From the NCBI GenBank assembly GCA_964016885.1, contig OZ024758.1, forward strand, positions 30,194,001 to 30,258,000: 64,000 bases of DNA, written 5' to 3'. Each line of letters opens with the position of its first letter. Within the stretch, counting starts at the first letter, position 1. The DNA is from Eledone cirrhosa. Its lineage: Eukaryota. Position numbers and translations under genes: made by a program. Shown in pieces: positions 24,001-39,000 of the stretch. The notes under the pieces are model-generated. The model had not been told where the DNA came from. It worked only from the letters and a program-made list of their open reading frames with translations, and did no database searches.

Positions 24001-27000
24001 GTCCTGTTATGTAACTTTGCTTTTTCTATTATAACTTTGATGGTCTCTGTTCCTCTAAACTAGTTAGCTAGAATCCTCTTCTGTCAACCCACATGATGCA
24101 ACCACTTTCCACGAATCTTGTCAGTTTTGATTGTATATCATCACCCAAATCTTGCACAAAATATTTACCCACTTACAGGCTTGTAGAAACCATGCCAAGC
24201 CCAAACTGGAATGTACCGGGTGTCTTAAAAGCCACAAGACCATTTCCAATGATAATATAAAAATATAAAAAATGGTCTAGTAACTTTTGGGACACCCTGT
24301 ATATAAGTGAGACAAGACCCTCCAGCCCAACCCATCTAGCTCTGATTAAAATACTGCCCTGGTTTGTGATGATCCAGCCAACCCATGCCAGAATGGAAAA
24401 GCAGACATAAAATGATGATCATGACATGCACCAGCAGGAATATCAAACATATCAATCTGACAAAGTCTGCAAAGTTATGGCGCTATCTATCATCCAAGCT
24501 TTGAATCTTTTAAGCCTTTAGTTACCAACCCAGCCAAATCTGGCTCTGGTTCTATGAAATAAAACCACCCATTTTAAAGGTTTCCAATTTAAATTAAAAT
24601 CTCCCAACATAATCTTATATAAGAATCTTTCATTAAATTACTACACATGGTGGTGGATTGGCAGTATTAGTAGAGGGTCGGAAGCCATGCTTTGATGCAT
24701 AGAGTTATGGCCCCTTCCATTCTGAGTTCAAATCCCACCGAGGTTAACTTTGCCTTTCATCCTTACGGGGTTGATAAAATAAAGTACCAGTAATGTACTG
24801 AGTAATTGCTGGCCTTGTGCCAAAAGTAGAAACAATTAAATTACTACACATACATCATCATCATCATCAGCATCGTTTAATGTCTATCTTCCACGCTAGC
24901 ATCAGTTAGACGGGTTTCTCCCATTCGAGGCAAGTTGCTTTGGGTGACTGTGACTTGCTTATATAAGACTGTTTCTGACTGGTTTTCTACGGCTGGATGC
25001 CCTTCCTAATGCCAACCACATTTACAGTGTGTGCTGGGTGCTTTTTACCCTGTCTCCTACATGACCACTTTATAGTGTGGACTGGGTGCTTGTTGTCATG
25101 ACATCTACATGACCACTTTACAGTGTATATAAAGCAAACAATATATATATATATATGTAGGAGGCACATGGCTTAGTGTTTAGAGCATTGGGCTTGCAAT
25201 CGAAAGGTTGTGAGTTCAATACTTGGACCGGGTGATGTGTTGTTTCCTTGAGCAAGATACTTTATTTCACATTGCTCCAGTTTACTCAGGAGGAACGCCA
25301 ACAGTGTGAAACAGAATCTGTCAGCTTCTCTTCCTTCCATTGCTGAAAAAAGAAGCAAGTGACATAGTCACTACTTTAAAATAATAGCGCAAAGTCTTCA
25401 AAATGTTTTAAATCAAACATACGGTATGTTACCAAATTTACTATACATGCATTCATGTATACATCGCTATTTCAGAGCACCAATCCTAATATATATATAT
25501 ATATATGTATTCATTTTATTAAGGCTATATAGAGGAGGCACATGGCTTAGTGGTTAGAGCATTGGCCTTGCAATCGAAAGGTTGTGTGTTCAATTCTAAG
25601 ACCGGGTGATGTGTTGTTTCCTTGAGCAAGACACATTATTTCACATTGCTCCAGTTTACTCAGCTGTAGAAATGAGATGATAGGGACTGAGGTCCCTATC
25701 ATTCCACTGCAAACTGGTCGTGGAGGTGCCACGGCAAAAAAGCACCCAGCACTCACTGTAAAGTGAACGTGTAGGTGCCATGGCAAAAGAAAAAGCACCC
25801 AGCACTCACTGTAAATGAGGTTGGTGTTAGGAAGGGCATCCAGCTGTAGAAATCAAGCCAGAATCCGTTCCCGTCCCACCCTTGCAAGCAGGGAAAAAGT
25901 GGACGTAAAATGAAATGATGATGAAATGATATAGTGAGTCTTGTTACTCTGGAGTTATGACCCTGTGATAATCAGGTGAAACACCTGATGGAACCATAAA
26001 ATATCTTTAACTCTTTCTACATCTTGGCAGAGTTCATTTAGCATCTTTGGATTTTTTCACTGCCAAGTAGAACCCAACTTTTTCCAAGTTCTCTTGTATT
26101 TCTTTTAAAAAATTTAAATTTCCAACTGTTTAATCTACTGAAGGTATATTAGCTTTCTGAAATTAAACTAACAATTTTGAAAATTGCAGAATAGAAACTT
26201 ATGATGTTCTTGAATTGATTTTAAAGTAATGCCTTCTTTTGATTTTGATTTCAGATACCCCTTTCAAGCGCAATAATGTTATAATCAGCTTCAAGAAAAA
26301 TGTTACAGAAGAATATCAAGACTTTAATAAGATGGAGAGTTTGAAGTTTGGCAAGTTAGTTGAAGAAACAGCAGAACATATTTTGATTGATGTTAGTTTT
26401 TTCTGACTTCTTTTTTGATTTTCTAAAACAGAGGTTCTCAAAATTGGCGCTACCACACCCCTGGGAGAGGCATTGAGAAAGGGCCTAATGTGGGGGCGGT
26501 AGAGATGTTATAATAGTATAGGATAAAGATCCCATAACTCCTTGTGGGGGCGTAGAGGCACCGTCATACAGTGTGTCTGGGGCACTTTAAAGACTGGCGG
26601 AGTCCAACCCTCTCCAGGTCTGAACACAGCTGATTTTTTCTATAGAAAAAGACTCGACCCCAGTACTGGACTGGTACTTTTGTTTATCGACCTCGAAAGG
26701 TTGAAAGGCAAATCCGGCAGGATTTGAACTCAGAGCCCACAATAAGGTGGGATGAATACCATAAAACATTCTAGCCGACATCTTAACGACTTTGCCAATT
26801 TGACGCCTAATAATAGTTTATTAAATATCAAATGATACATATATATAAGTATAGTAAAATATAAAATATATATTTATTTTTATATATATATAAATATATT
26901 ATATTATTTATTATATATAAATGGAGGGCGGTGGATTGGCATTATCGGTAGAGGGTCGGACGCCATGCTTTCCAGCATAGTTATGTCCCTTTACGATCTG

Positions 27001-30000
27001 AGTTCAAATCCCGCCGAGGTTGACTTTGCCATTCATCCTTACGGGGTCGATAAAATAAAGTACCAGTAATGCACTGGGTAATTGCTGGCCTTGTGCCTAA
27101 AGTAGAAACAATTATTTATTATATATAAATTAACGATTTTATTTATTATATATTATTTACAATTTGTGTGTAGGTAGGTCTCTCTGGAAATAGGGGTGAG
27201 GTGGGGGGCTGAGGGTGTTACGTGGTCATGAGGGGAGGGCGGTAGCCCCAAAAGTTTGAGAACCTCTGTTCTAACACATTGATTTTAACCCAGGAGAATA
27301 CACAATAATGTTCCTTTATCTAATAAGAAAGATCGTGTTAATACTGCCATGACATGTGAAGGTGGCTGAGTGGTTAGAGACTTGGATTCACAATCATGAG
27401 GTTGTGAGTTCAATTCTTGGACTGGGTGATGAGTTATGTTCTTGAGCAAGACACTTTATTTCATGTTGCTCTTTCTGCCAGGAATTGTGGCTGGTAGATA
27501 GTATCAGCAATGGAAAGACCAATGGAAACATGGTTTCCTTGGTCCGATTTGATGAGGTCCACCCCACTCGCGAATGAGGTCTGGGATCTTGTTGATCAAT
27601 CAGAGAATATTGCTTGGGGTGATGATGATGATATATCTTATTGGTACTAATTTTATGTATCCATTGAGGCACATGGCCTTGCAATCGAAAGGTTGTGAGT
27701 TCAATTCTCAGACCGGGTGATGTGTTGTTTCCTTGAGCAAGACACTTTATTTCACATTGCTCCAGTTTACTCAGCTGTAGAAATGAGATGATAGGACTGG
27801 GGTCCCTATCATTCCACTGCAAAGTGGTCGTAGAGGTGCCACGGCAAAAAAGCACCCAACCCACACTGTAAAGTGGACGTGTAGGCATCACAGAAAAAAA
27901 GCACCCAGCACTTACTGTAAAGAGGTTGCTGTTAGGAAGGGCATCCAGCTGTAGAAATCAAGCCAGAATCAGTTCCCGTCCCACCCTTGCAAGCAGGGAA
28001 AAGTGGACGTAAAATGATGATGATGATTGAGTGATGAAAAGTAAAGTTAACATGAATTAATACTAGTTTTTTCCATAGACTTTATTTGAGTCATTATCAA
28101 CAAGATTACTATTTGCTGTTCCTTCTTATGCAGGTTCACTTTCATCTCATTTGCCTCTTTACATGTCACAATATTTCTTACTATACATCTCTGTTCATCT
28201 GTCATGAATAAAAAAGTTTGTAGTTGCGAAACTTGTTCAATATAGCAATCAAATCTTTCCCCACGACTGAATTTGACTCGTAAATCATGCGTTTTAAGTT
28301 TAAAATCTGAGAACATTATGCTCCATAGTAAAGATCATTAGAAAAGGTGATCAAATGCTTTCTTCGGTTGGTGCCCTTCATATTTTAATTCTGCTCAAGT
28401 ACAGGTGGTACTTTACTAAATGACCAGTGCCTGAATATCTAATTTTTCCCACTTTTCATGGTAACCAGACATATTAGTACCTACAAACTTTCTTGGATTT
28501 TATGGATGTATAGTTTAGGAGAAATAATGTAGTTCTGCTCAAATACAGCTGACCTGGAGTTCACATAGTTCTGCTCAAGTATAATTGAAATGAGATATAG
28601 CTTGGCTCAAGTTGATCTGAGACATGTACAGCTTGGCTCAAGTGCAGTTGACCTGGCCATCCAAAGATTATAACTGTCCATGTGTGAAAGTTTTCAGGTT
28701 GGCATTGATTGAGGAATCATAAGTTTTTCCTAGCTGTCACGAATTTGAAAATTACTCCTCCATTTTAATTACACAGTTCAGTAAATAAGTTGTATGTTGG
28801 TATTTTTATGCATTTTTGTAGAAAAAGTTGTGGTTTATATGTGAGTAGATATAATATATTTCATTGGCTATTTTATTGTCAACCATAATATGACAATTAA
28901 CAATAAGGTAATCAGAGTTGTCTGCAGCATCAGTTGCCATCGAGATGTCAGGTATCCTTGGACTCTGTATAGCTGACCTCCTCCATAAAATCGGAATGAC
29001 AGCAGCCCATCTGAGGAAGGAACCTCGCAAGGTGGGATGGCTATTGCAGTGGGTGTTGCTGGCCATTGTCTGCGGCATTGCCTTTGCTATTTTGTCTGTG
29101 ATGTGCAGCCAAAAGACCACTCTCACTTAGGTGACACCCTCTCCCTTTCCCCCCTTTCTTTTGTTACTTAACCCTTTAGCATTTAAACCGGCCATATCCG
29201 GCTAGAAATGTCTCACCTCTTTCTGTTCAAACCAGTTGAAACTGGCCGCTTATACTGATGTTAAGTTATTGTTCTCAAAATAAATAACATCAAAATCTCA
29301 TAGATTCGATATTATGTGAGTTATTATGTAAGATAAAGTGTTTACTACAAAAATACAATAGTATATATAGAGTAATGTAAATGCTAAAGGGTTAATAACC
29401 CTTACCCTTTCCCTCCCTGTCCTCTCATTTATAGTCTTTTACAATGTTTCTTTCTTTTTCTTTGATTGATTTCTCTTGATGTGTTTCTATTGAATATTAT
29501 TATTATATATATGTTACATTATATATGTTACATTACATATGTTACATTATATATGTTACATTATATATGTTACATTATATATGTTACATTACATATGTTA
29601 CATTATATATGTTACATTATATATGTTACATTATATATGTTACATTATATATGTTACATTATATATGTTACATTACATATGTTACATTATATGTTACATT
29701 ATATATGTTACATTACATATGTTACATTATATATGTTACATTATATATGTTACATTACATATGTTACATTATATATGTTACATTATATGTTACATTATGT
29801 TACATTATATATGTTACATTATATATGTTACATTACATATGTTACATTATATATGTTACATTATATATGTTACATTACATATGTTACATTACATATGTTA
29901 CATTACATATGTTACATTATATATGTTACATTACATATGTTACATTATATATGTTACATTATATATGTTACATTACATATGTTACATTACATATGTTACA

Positions 30001-33000
30001 TTATATATGTTACATTACATATGTTACATTATATATGTTACATTATATGTTACATTACATATGTTACATTATATATGTTACATTATATATGTTACATTAT
30101 ATATGTTACATTATATATGTTACATTATATATGTTACATTATATATGTTACATTACATATGTTACATTATATGTTACATTATATATGTTACATTACATAT
30201 GTTACATTACATATGTTACATTATATATGTTACATTATATATGTTACATTACATATGTTACATTATATATGTTACATTATGTTACATTATATGTTACATT
30301 ATATATGTTACATTATATATGTTACATTATATATGTTACATTACATATGTTACATTATATATGTTACATTATATATGTTACATTACATATGTTACATTAT
30401 ATATGTTACATTACATATGTTACATTATATATGTTACATTATATATGTTACATTACATGTTACATTACATATGTTACATTATATATGTTACATTACATAT
30501 GTTACATTATATATGTTACATTATATGTTACATTATATGTTACATTACATATGTTACATTATATATGTTACATTATATATGTTACATTACATATGTTACA
30601 TTATATATGTTACATTACATATGTTACATTATATATGTTACATTATATATGTTACATTATATATGTTACATTACATATGTTACATTATATATGTTACATT
30701 ATATGTTACATTACATATGTTACATTATATATGTTACATTATATATGTTACATTACATATGTTACATTATATATGTTACATTACATATGTTACATTATAT
30801 ATGTTACATTACATATGTTACATTATATATGTTACATTATATATGTTACATTATATATGTTACATTATATATGTTACATTATATATGTTACATTACATGT
30901 TACATTACACATGTTACATTACATATGTTACATTATGTTACATTATATATGTTACATTATATATGTTACATTATATGTTACATTATATATGTTACATTAC
31001 ATATGTTACATTATATATGTTACATTACATATGTTACATTATATGTTACATTATATATGTTACATTACATATGTTACATTACATATGTTACATTACATAT
31101 GTTACATTATATATGTTACATTACATATGTTACATTATATATGTTACATTACATATGTTACATTACATATGTTACATTATATATGTTACATTATATATGT
31201 TACATTACATATGTTACATTACATATGTTACATTATATATGTTACATTACATATGTTACATTACATATGTTACATTATATATGTTACATTACATATGTTA
31301 CATTACATATGTTACATTACATATGTTACATTATATATGTTACATTACATATGTTACATTACATATGTTACATAGGGCGGTGAATTGGCAGTAGCGGAAG
31401 AGGGTCGGATGCCATGCTTTCTAGCATAGTTACGTCCCTTTACGGTCTGAGTTCAAATCCAGCCGAGGTTAACTTTGCCTTTCATCCTTACGGGGTCAAT
31501 AAAATAAAGTACCAGTAATGCACTGGGTAATTGCTGGCCTTGTGCCAAAACGTAGAAACAATTATATGTTACATATATTACATAAATTATGTTTATAAAT
31601 AACAAAAAACTCAACTTAAAGTATTAAATTGTCTTAACCCATTAGTATTTAAACCAGCTGTATCTAGCCAGAATTCTCTCACCTCTTTCTGTTTAAACTG
31701 GCTGTAACTGGCTGCTCATACTTATGTTAAGGTATTGTTCTCAAAATGAATAATATCAAAATCTCATATATTTGATATTATGTGAGATAAAGCCTTTACC
31801 ATGAAAATACAATAGTATATATAGAGTAATGTAAATGTTATGTGAGGTAAAGCCTTTACTGTGAAGATACAATAGTATATATAGAGTATATATATGTTAT
31901 GTGAGATATTATGTGAGGTAAAGCCTTTACCATGAAAATACAATAGTATATATAGAGTAATGTAAATGTTATGTGAGGTAAAGCCTTTACTGTAAAAATA
32001 CAATAGTATATATAGAGTAATGTAAATATTATGTGAGGTAAAGCCTTTACCATGAAAATACAATAGTATATATAGAGTAATGTAAATGTTATGTGAGATA
32101 TTATGTGAGGTAAAGCCTTTACTGTAAAAATACAATAGTATATATAGAGTAATGTAAATGTTATGTGAGATACTATGTGAGGTAAAGCCTTTACTGTAAA
32201 AATACAATAGTATATATAGAGTAATGTAAATGTTATGTGAGATATTATGTGAGGTAAAGCCTTTACTGTGACAATACAATAGTATATATAGAGTAATGTA
32301 AATGTTATGTGAGATATTATGTGAGGTAAAGCCTTTACTGTAAAAATACAATAGTATATATAGAGTAATGTAAATGTTATGTGAGATATTATGTGAGGTA
32401 AAGCCTTTACTGTAAAAATACAATAGTATATATAGAGTAATGTAAATGTTATGTGAGATATTATGTGAGGTAAAGCCTTTACTGTAAAAATACAATAGTA
32501 TATATAGAGTAATGTAAATGTTATGTGAGGTAAAGTCTTTACTGTAAAAATACAATAGTATATATAGAGTAATGTAAATGTTATGTGAGATATTATGTGA
32601 GGTAAAGCCTTTACTGTGAAGATACAATAGTATATATAGAGTAATGTAAATGTTATGTGAGATATTATGTGAGGTAAAGCCTTTACTGTAAAAATACAAT
32701 AGTATATATAGAGTAATGTAAATGTTATGTGAGGTAAAGCCTTTACTGTAAAAATACAATAGTATATATAGAGTAATGTAAATGTTATGTGAGATATTAT
32801 GTGAGCTAAAGCCTTTACTGTGAAGATACAATAGTATATATAGAGTAATGTAAATGTTATGTGAGATATTATGTGAGGTAAAGCCTTTACTGTAAAAATA
32901 CAATAGTATATATAGAGTAATGTAAATGTTATGTGAGGTAAAGCCTTTACTGTAAAAATACAATAGTATATATAGAGTAATGTAAATGTTATGTGAGATA

Positions 33001-36000
33001 TTATGTGAGCTAAAGCCTTTACTGTGAAGATACAATAGTATATATAGAGTAATGTAAATGTTATGTGAGATATTATGTGAGGTAAAGCCTTTACTGTGAA
33101 AATACAATAGTATATATAGAGTAATGTAAATGCTAAAGGGTTAAACTAACATTCAGCTGTTACTTTGTGTTTATGATATTTCTCTCATTGGATTTGATAT
33201 TATTGTAGAACAAATTCTTTCTGGTATCAGACCGAGATGTGGATTATGAAGGAAAACCATTGAAAGAATCTGAATTATTCCATTCATATTGGAAGGCAAA
33301 TCACTTGCCTTTGTATGGCTTGGCTCAACCTAACACTGCTACCCTGAAGAAGATGCTAGATATGCTTTTAGCACATAATAATAAACCAGTAAGTTTCACA
33401 TTGCTCACCAGATATATTGCCTTGTGTGTGTGTGTGTGTGTGGGGGGGGGGGATTATAAAAAAATATTGTAGTAGGCACATGGCTTAGTGGTTAGAGCAT
33501 TGGCCTTGCAATCGAAAGGTTGTGAGTTCAATTCTCAGACCGGGTGATGTGTTGTTTCCTTGAGCAAGACACTTTATTTCACATTGCTCCAGTTTACTCA
33601 GCTGTAGAAATGAGATGATAGGGACTGGGGTCCCTATCATTCCACTGTAGAGTGGTCGTGGAGGTGCCACGGCAAAAAAGCACCCAGCACTCACTGTAAA
33701 TGAGGTTGGTATTAGGGAGGGCATCCAGCTGTAGAAATCAAGCCAGAATCAGTTCCCGTCCCACCCGTGCAAGCAGGGAAAAGCGGACGTAAAATGATGA
33801 TGATGATGATGATGATTGTCTCTGAGTTTTGTATTTTAACTTTTTCTTCTATATTTGTATATATTAGGATGGTGATGACATTTGACAATACTGTTTCTTT
33901 ATCATTGTCATGAGTAACACCACCACCATCATCTTATCACCACAACCACCACCACCACTGCTGCAACCACCATCATTACCACCATCATCACTGTTGCAGC
34001 AATCATCATCATCTTCATCACCAACATCAATATAAACATCCTCTCCATCACCATCATCATTACTAGTTAACATCTATACTCCATACTAGCATGGGTTAGA
34101 ACGGTTGTCACATATTGAGGCTAGACTGTTTATGTACCACATCTTGCTTGTACATTCCATTTTTGGCTGGGTTTCTAAGGCTAGATGCCCTTCTTAATGA
34201 TAACCTCTTTACAGCGTGTACTAGGTGCATTTTATCATGACCCTGGTAATACCACCTTACAGGGTGGATTGGGACTTTGGTTGTGGCTCTAGACTTCCAC
34301 CTTACAGAGTGGACTGGGTGCTTTTTATCATGTCACTATCACTACATTTATGACAAACAACTGTTCCAATTAAAATAAAGTCCTTTCACTCATATAACCA
34401 TTTGTCATTTTCTTAATATTGGCTGAAAGTGCCATAATTAGCTTTCTGGCTTACTGTTTAAAATATATGAATAATAAAAGAATAACTTTATATAGCTCAT
34501 CAGCTTCTATCATATAAACATTTAACAAGATGGAAGAGTCGATAGTGTAAAAATACACACACATGTACACCAGGTCTGAACACAGAGGAGCCAAACTCCC
34601 ACTGTCACCACCTCTGTCTCTCCCACTCTCTCATGTACACCAGGTCCCAACACAGAGGAGCCAAACTCCCACTGTCACCACCTCTGTCTCTCCCACTCTC
34701 TCATGTACACCAGGTCCGAACACAGAGGAGCCAAACTCCCAGTCACCACCCCTGTCTCTCCCACTCTCTCAAGTACACCAGGTCTAAACACAGAGGAGCC
34801 AAACTCCCACTGTCACCACCTCTGTCTCTCCCACTCTCTCATGTACACCAGGTCCCAACACAGAGGAGCCAAACTCCCACTGTCACCACCTCTGTCTCTC
34901 CCACTCTCTCATGTACACCAGGTCCCAACACAGAGGAGCCAAACTCCCACTGTCACCACCTCTGTCTCTCCCACTCTCTCATGTACACCAGGTCCCAACA
35001 CAGAGGAGCCAAACTCCCACTGTCACCACCTCTGTCTCTCCCACTCTCTCATGTACACCAGGTCCCAACACAGAGGAGCCAAACTCCCACTGTCACCACC
35101 TCTGTCTCTCCCACTCTCTCATGTACACCAGGTCCCAACACAGAGGAGCCAAACTCCCACTGTCACCACCTCTGTCTCTCCCACTCTCTCATGTACACCA
35201 GGTCCCAACACAGAGGAGCCAAACTCCCACTGTCACCACCTCTGTCTCTCCCACTCTCTCATGTACACCAGGTCCCAACACAGAGGAGCCAAACTCCCAC
35301 TGTCACCACCTCTGTCTCTCCCACTCTCTCATGTACACCAGGTCCCAACACAGAGGACCCAAACTCCCACTGTCACCACCTCTGTCTCTCCCACTCTCTC
35401 ATGTACACCAAGTCCGAACACAGAGGAGCCAAACTCCCAGTCACCACCCCTGTCTCTCCCACTCTCTCATGTACACCAGGTCCGAACACAGAGGAGCCAA
35501 ACTCCCAGTCACCACCCCTGTCTCTCCCACTCTCTCATGTACACCAGGTCCCAACACAGAGGAGCCAAACTCCCACTGTCACCATCTCCCTCGTCATCCC
35601 CATCTCTCACTATTATGAGCAAATGAGGTCCCATTTCTTCTGATAATATAAGGCTTATAAAATATAAAATACATTTTATTTCTTAAAAACAAACACCATT
35701 GATTTAACCCCTTTAGAGTATAGTAAATCTAATGTATTTTATTGTAGGTTTTGCTGTTTAATTTAAGAGAAGAACCAGTTCTTATACTGGCAGTGAACCA
35801 AAATGCTGAAAATACTGTGTCGTATTCAATTCGCACGAAGGAGCAACCATCTGAATGTGTTGTGGTAGGATTAAGTGAAGAAGAGGCAAATGACAATGAA
35901 CTGTTACTTCGCAAACAGGTATGTTACCTTTTCTCTATATATATATTTATGACCCCCTACTGCAGACCTGTGAACTCTCCCCATCCGATGGGGAGATCTA

Positions 36001-39000
36001 CCCCCCCCCCCCACACACATTTTGGGGTGGGTGAGAGATGTCTTCTCTTGTGAAAATGGGTATAGCTTTCATCATGTAAAATCTCTCTATTTTGGTGCAC
36101 TTTTTTTCATGGTACTCTCCATTTCAGTTTTTAGAGGTTGGCAGGTCTGCCTACTGACAGTGATGTATTGTTGGGTGTGTGTGGGAATGCAGCTACACCA
36201 AAAATTGTTGTTGGAAAATTTAGTTATTTTTGTCAGAAAATTATGAATGACAGCACTCCCAAAAATGACAGGAGTAATAAACTTATTAGTCTACTGATAT
36301 ACAATATTGATTTCTAATTTAGGCATAAAGCCAATAAATTTGGGGCAAAGTTTATTAACCATTTATCATTTACATTACTCTATATTTACTATTGTATTTT
36401 CATTGTAAACACTTTATCTCACATAATATCGAATCTATGAGATTTTGATATTATTTATTTTGAGAACAATACCTTAACATAAGTATAAGCAGCTGGTTAT
36501 GGCTTGTTTGAACAGAAAGAGATGAGAGAATTCTGGCCGGATATGGCTGGTTTAAATGCTAAAAGGTTAAATCAATCCCACTACTTAACTGGTACTTTAT
36601 TTTATTAACCCCAGAAGGATGAAAGGCAAAGTTGACTGTGGTGAGATTTGAACTCAAAATGCAATAAACCAGAAGAAATACCGCAATGTTTTATCTGCCA
36701 CTCTACCAATTCTGCCTTATTATAATGTTAATTGTTTCTACTTTTGGCACAAAGCCAGCAATTACCCAGTGTATTACTGGTACTTTATTTTATCGACCCT
36801 GTAAGGATGAAAGGCAAAGTTAATCTTGGCGGGATTTGAACTCAGAATGGCAAGGGCTGTAACTCTATGCGTCAAAGCATGGCGTCCGACCCTCTACCGA
36901 TACTGCCAATCCACCGAATGTTAATGTATACAAAGGAAAAGATGCTTTTGATCTCTTAGACACACAGACAGTCTCATCTCACCTTCTATAAAAGAAACAG
37001 AACTACTATGTTGTTTGATATTATTGGTAGGTTAAACCCAGAGGCGTAACAAGGGAAAATAGCGCCTATGGCAAGCGATGAAATTGCACCCCCATCCAAA
37101 CAGCTCTGTGTTTTTACGAATGGGCCTAATAATTTATGTAAATGGTTTAATGATCCAGCCACTATAATGCTTCTCACTCATCATAATCAAAGACAGAAGT
37201 TTCTTTCTTCACTCACTGACGATAGTTTATCCAACTTTAGTAGAAAGTGCTCCCAATTCAAGTGGGTCCCATGACACATGCTATGCTCCATACCCTAGTT
37301 ATGCCCCTTGTTAGAGCTGTATATACACATAGTTATGTCTTAGTATATGCCTAAACTTTAGTATAGATTTAGGCAAACAAGTCTATGCTAAGTGTCTTGC
37401 AAAGAGATGTAGGGATATTGCCAAGTTCAAGCTAGTTGGTAAACTGTGGTTTTTGCCCTGGATGCAGCACAGCCAACCAAATATTCACATTGTGGCAGGT
37501 CTTTGAGAAGGAGGATGAGGAGAAGAAGAAGAGAGAGTTTGAGTATTTCAATCAAACCTGTTCACTGAACTATAGTATAATGTAGCAGAATACTATAGTA
37601 TAATGTAGCAGAATACTCCATGGATACTTATCTCCTTAACATAAATTTCAGGCAGCTCCATGTGATATAGTGTGTAACAAGGCTGGGCCCTAAAATCACA
37701 AGTACAATCTATTAGTGGGCTTCTGCACAGTTTATGCCTACCCAATTTCAAATCAAACACCCAAAGATATGATAGAGGATACTTGCATGAAGTGTTAGAC
37801 AATGGGATTCAACTTGAAATATATATCCTTGACCTGAGCATTTTCTGAAGTTATCCAATATACATAGCTAAAATATATATATACTAACATATATAACAAA
37901 TATATGACTCTCTTCAAGTACTTAAATCCAAGGATTCTTTCACAGGTTTTAAAATATGCTGCGACAAATAATAACTTTGAGTTTCCTTTTTACAACTGCA
38001 TTGAGAAAGAACCCAAAAGTTACAGTGTGCAGTATGAAGACTTTCTCATTACCTCCAATGAGATGTATTGCAGATTAAAGTTTGAATATCCAGGTATCAG
38101 GTAAGCAAAATGTACACCCAATAAACTGCTGTAGGTTTCTAAAGGTAAAAATACCTTGTATAATTTGTGGGACGGGAGAAGATGGAAGTGGCCTTCTTTC
38201 ATTGTATTACATTTTTAATGAAAGCTGAAATAATTTCTATAAAATATATTGTTAATAACTTAGAGGAGAAAAAGCATCAGCCACACCTATTTCAGAGCCT
38301 CTGTGGCTGGTGGGAAGAAGATAACCTCCAGCTAAATACTTGCAACAAGATGGTGATATTAAAGAACAGAAATGGTCTCACCAACAGGTTCTCACACTGT
38401 TACCATACAAACTGAGGCTATGCTAGAAGACATGTGACTTGGTGATCTGACTCTGTATAATACTTTATAATAATTTCTACTTTTGGCACAAGGCCAGCAA
38501 TTATCCTAGTGTATTACTGGTACTTTATTTAATCGACCCCGTAAGGATGAAAGGCAAAGTTAACCTCGGCGGGATTTGAACTCAGAATGGCAAGGGCCGT
38601 AACTCTATGCTTGGTGTCCGACTCTCTACCGATACTGCCAAATGATTGTTGGGTGAAGAAGTGCCAGGAAATCCCAGTGGAGGGAAGCTGCAGTAGAAGT
38701 AGACCAAGGAAGACCTGGGTAGAGGTGGTGAGAGCTGATTCTAAATCAACTCACAGTGATGACACAAGAATGTGACAAATGGAGAGATGCTATGCTGAAA
38801 AGGACCGGTCCAACCCATGCAAGTGTGGAAAAGCACAAATACAGCTTTTTCCTTCCAGACATAATAAAGGAGACCAAGCAGCTGAACATTTGGCATGTAA
38901 CTGAACATTTTATATATACTGGGATTTTTTCAACACACTGACGTGTATGTATAAGTGTGTGCATGGATGTGTGTGTATATACATACATTTATATGTATGA

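Noticed and set aside
28918-29130. Small membrane protein ORF
   Set aside because: Better explained as a decayed CRE-like retrotransposon C-terminus
29466-33107. Long Tyr/Ile/His-rich ORFs
   Set aside because: Translations of the 14 bp and 60/72 bp minisatellites
34563-35643. Pro/Ser/Thr-rich mucin-like ORFs in three frames
   Set aside because: A 70 bp stop-free unit cycling through frames
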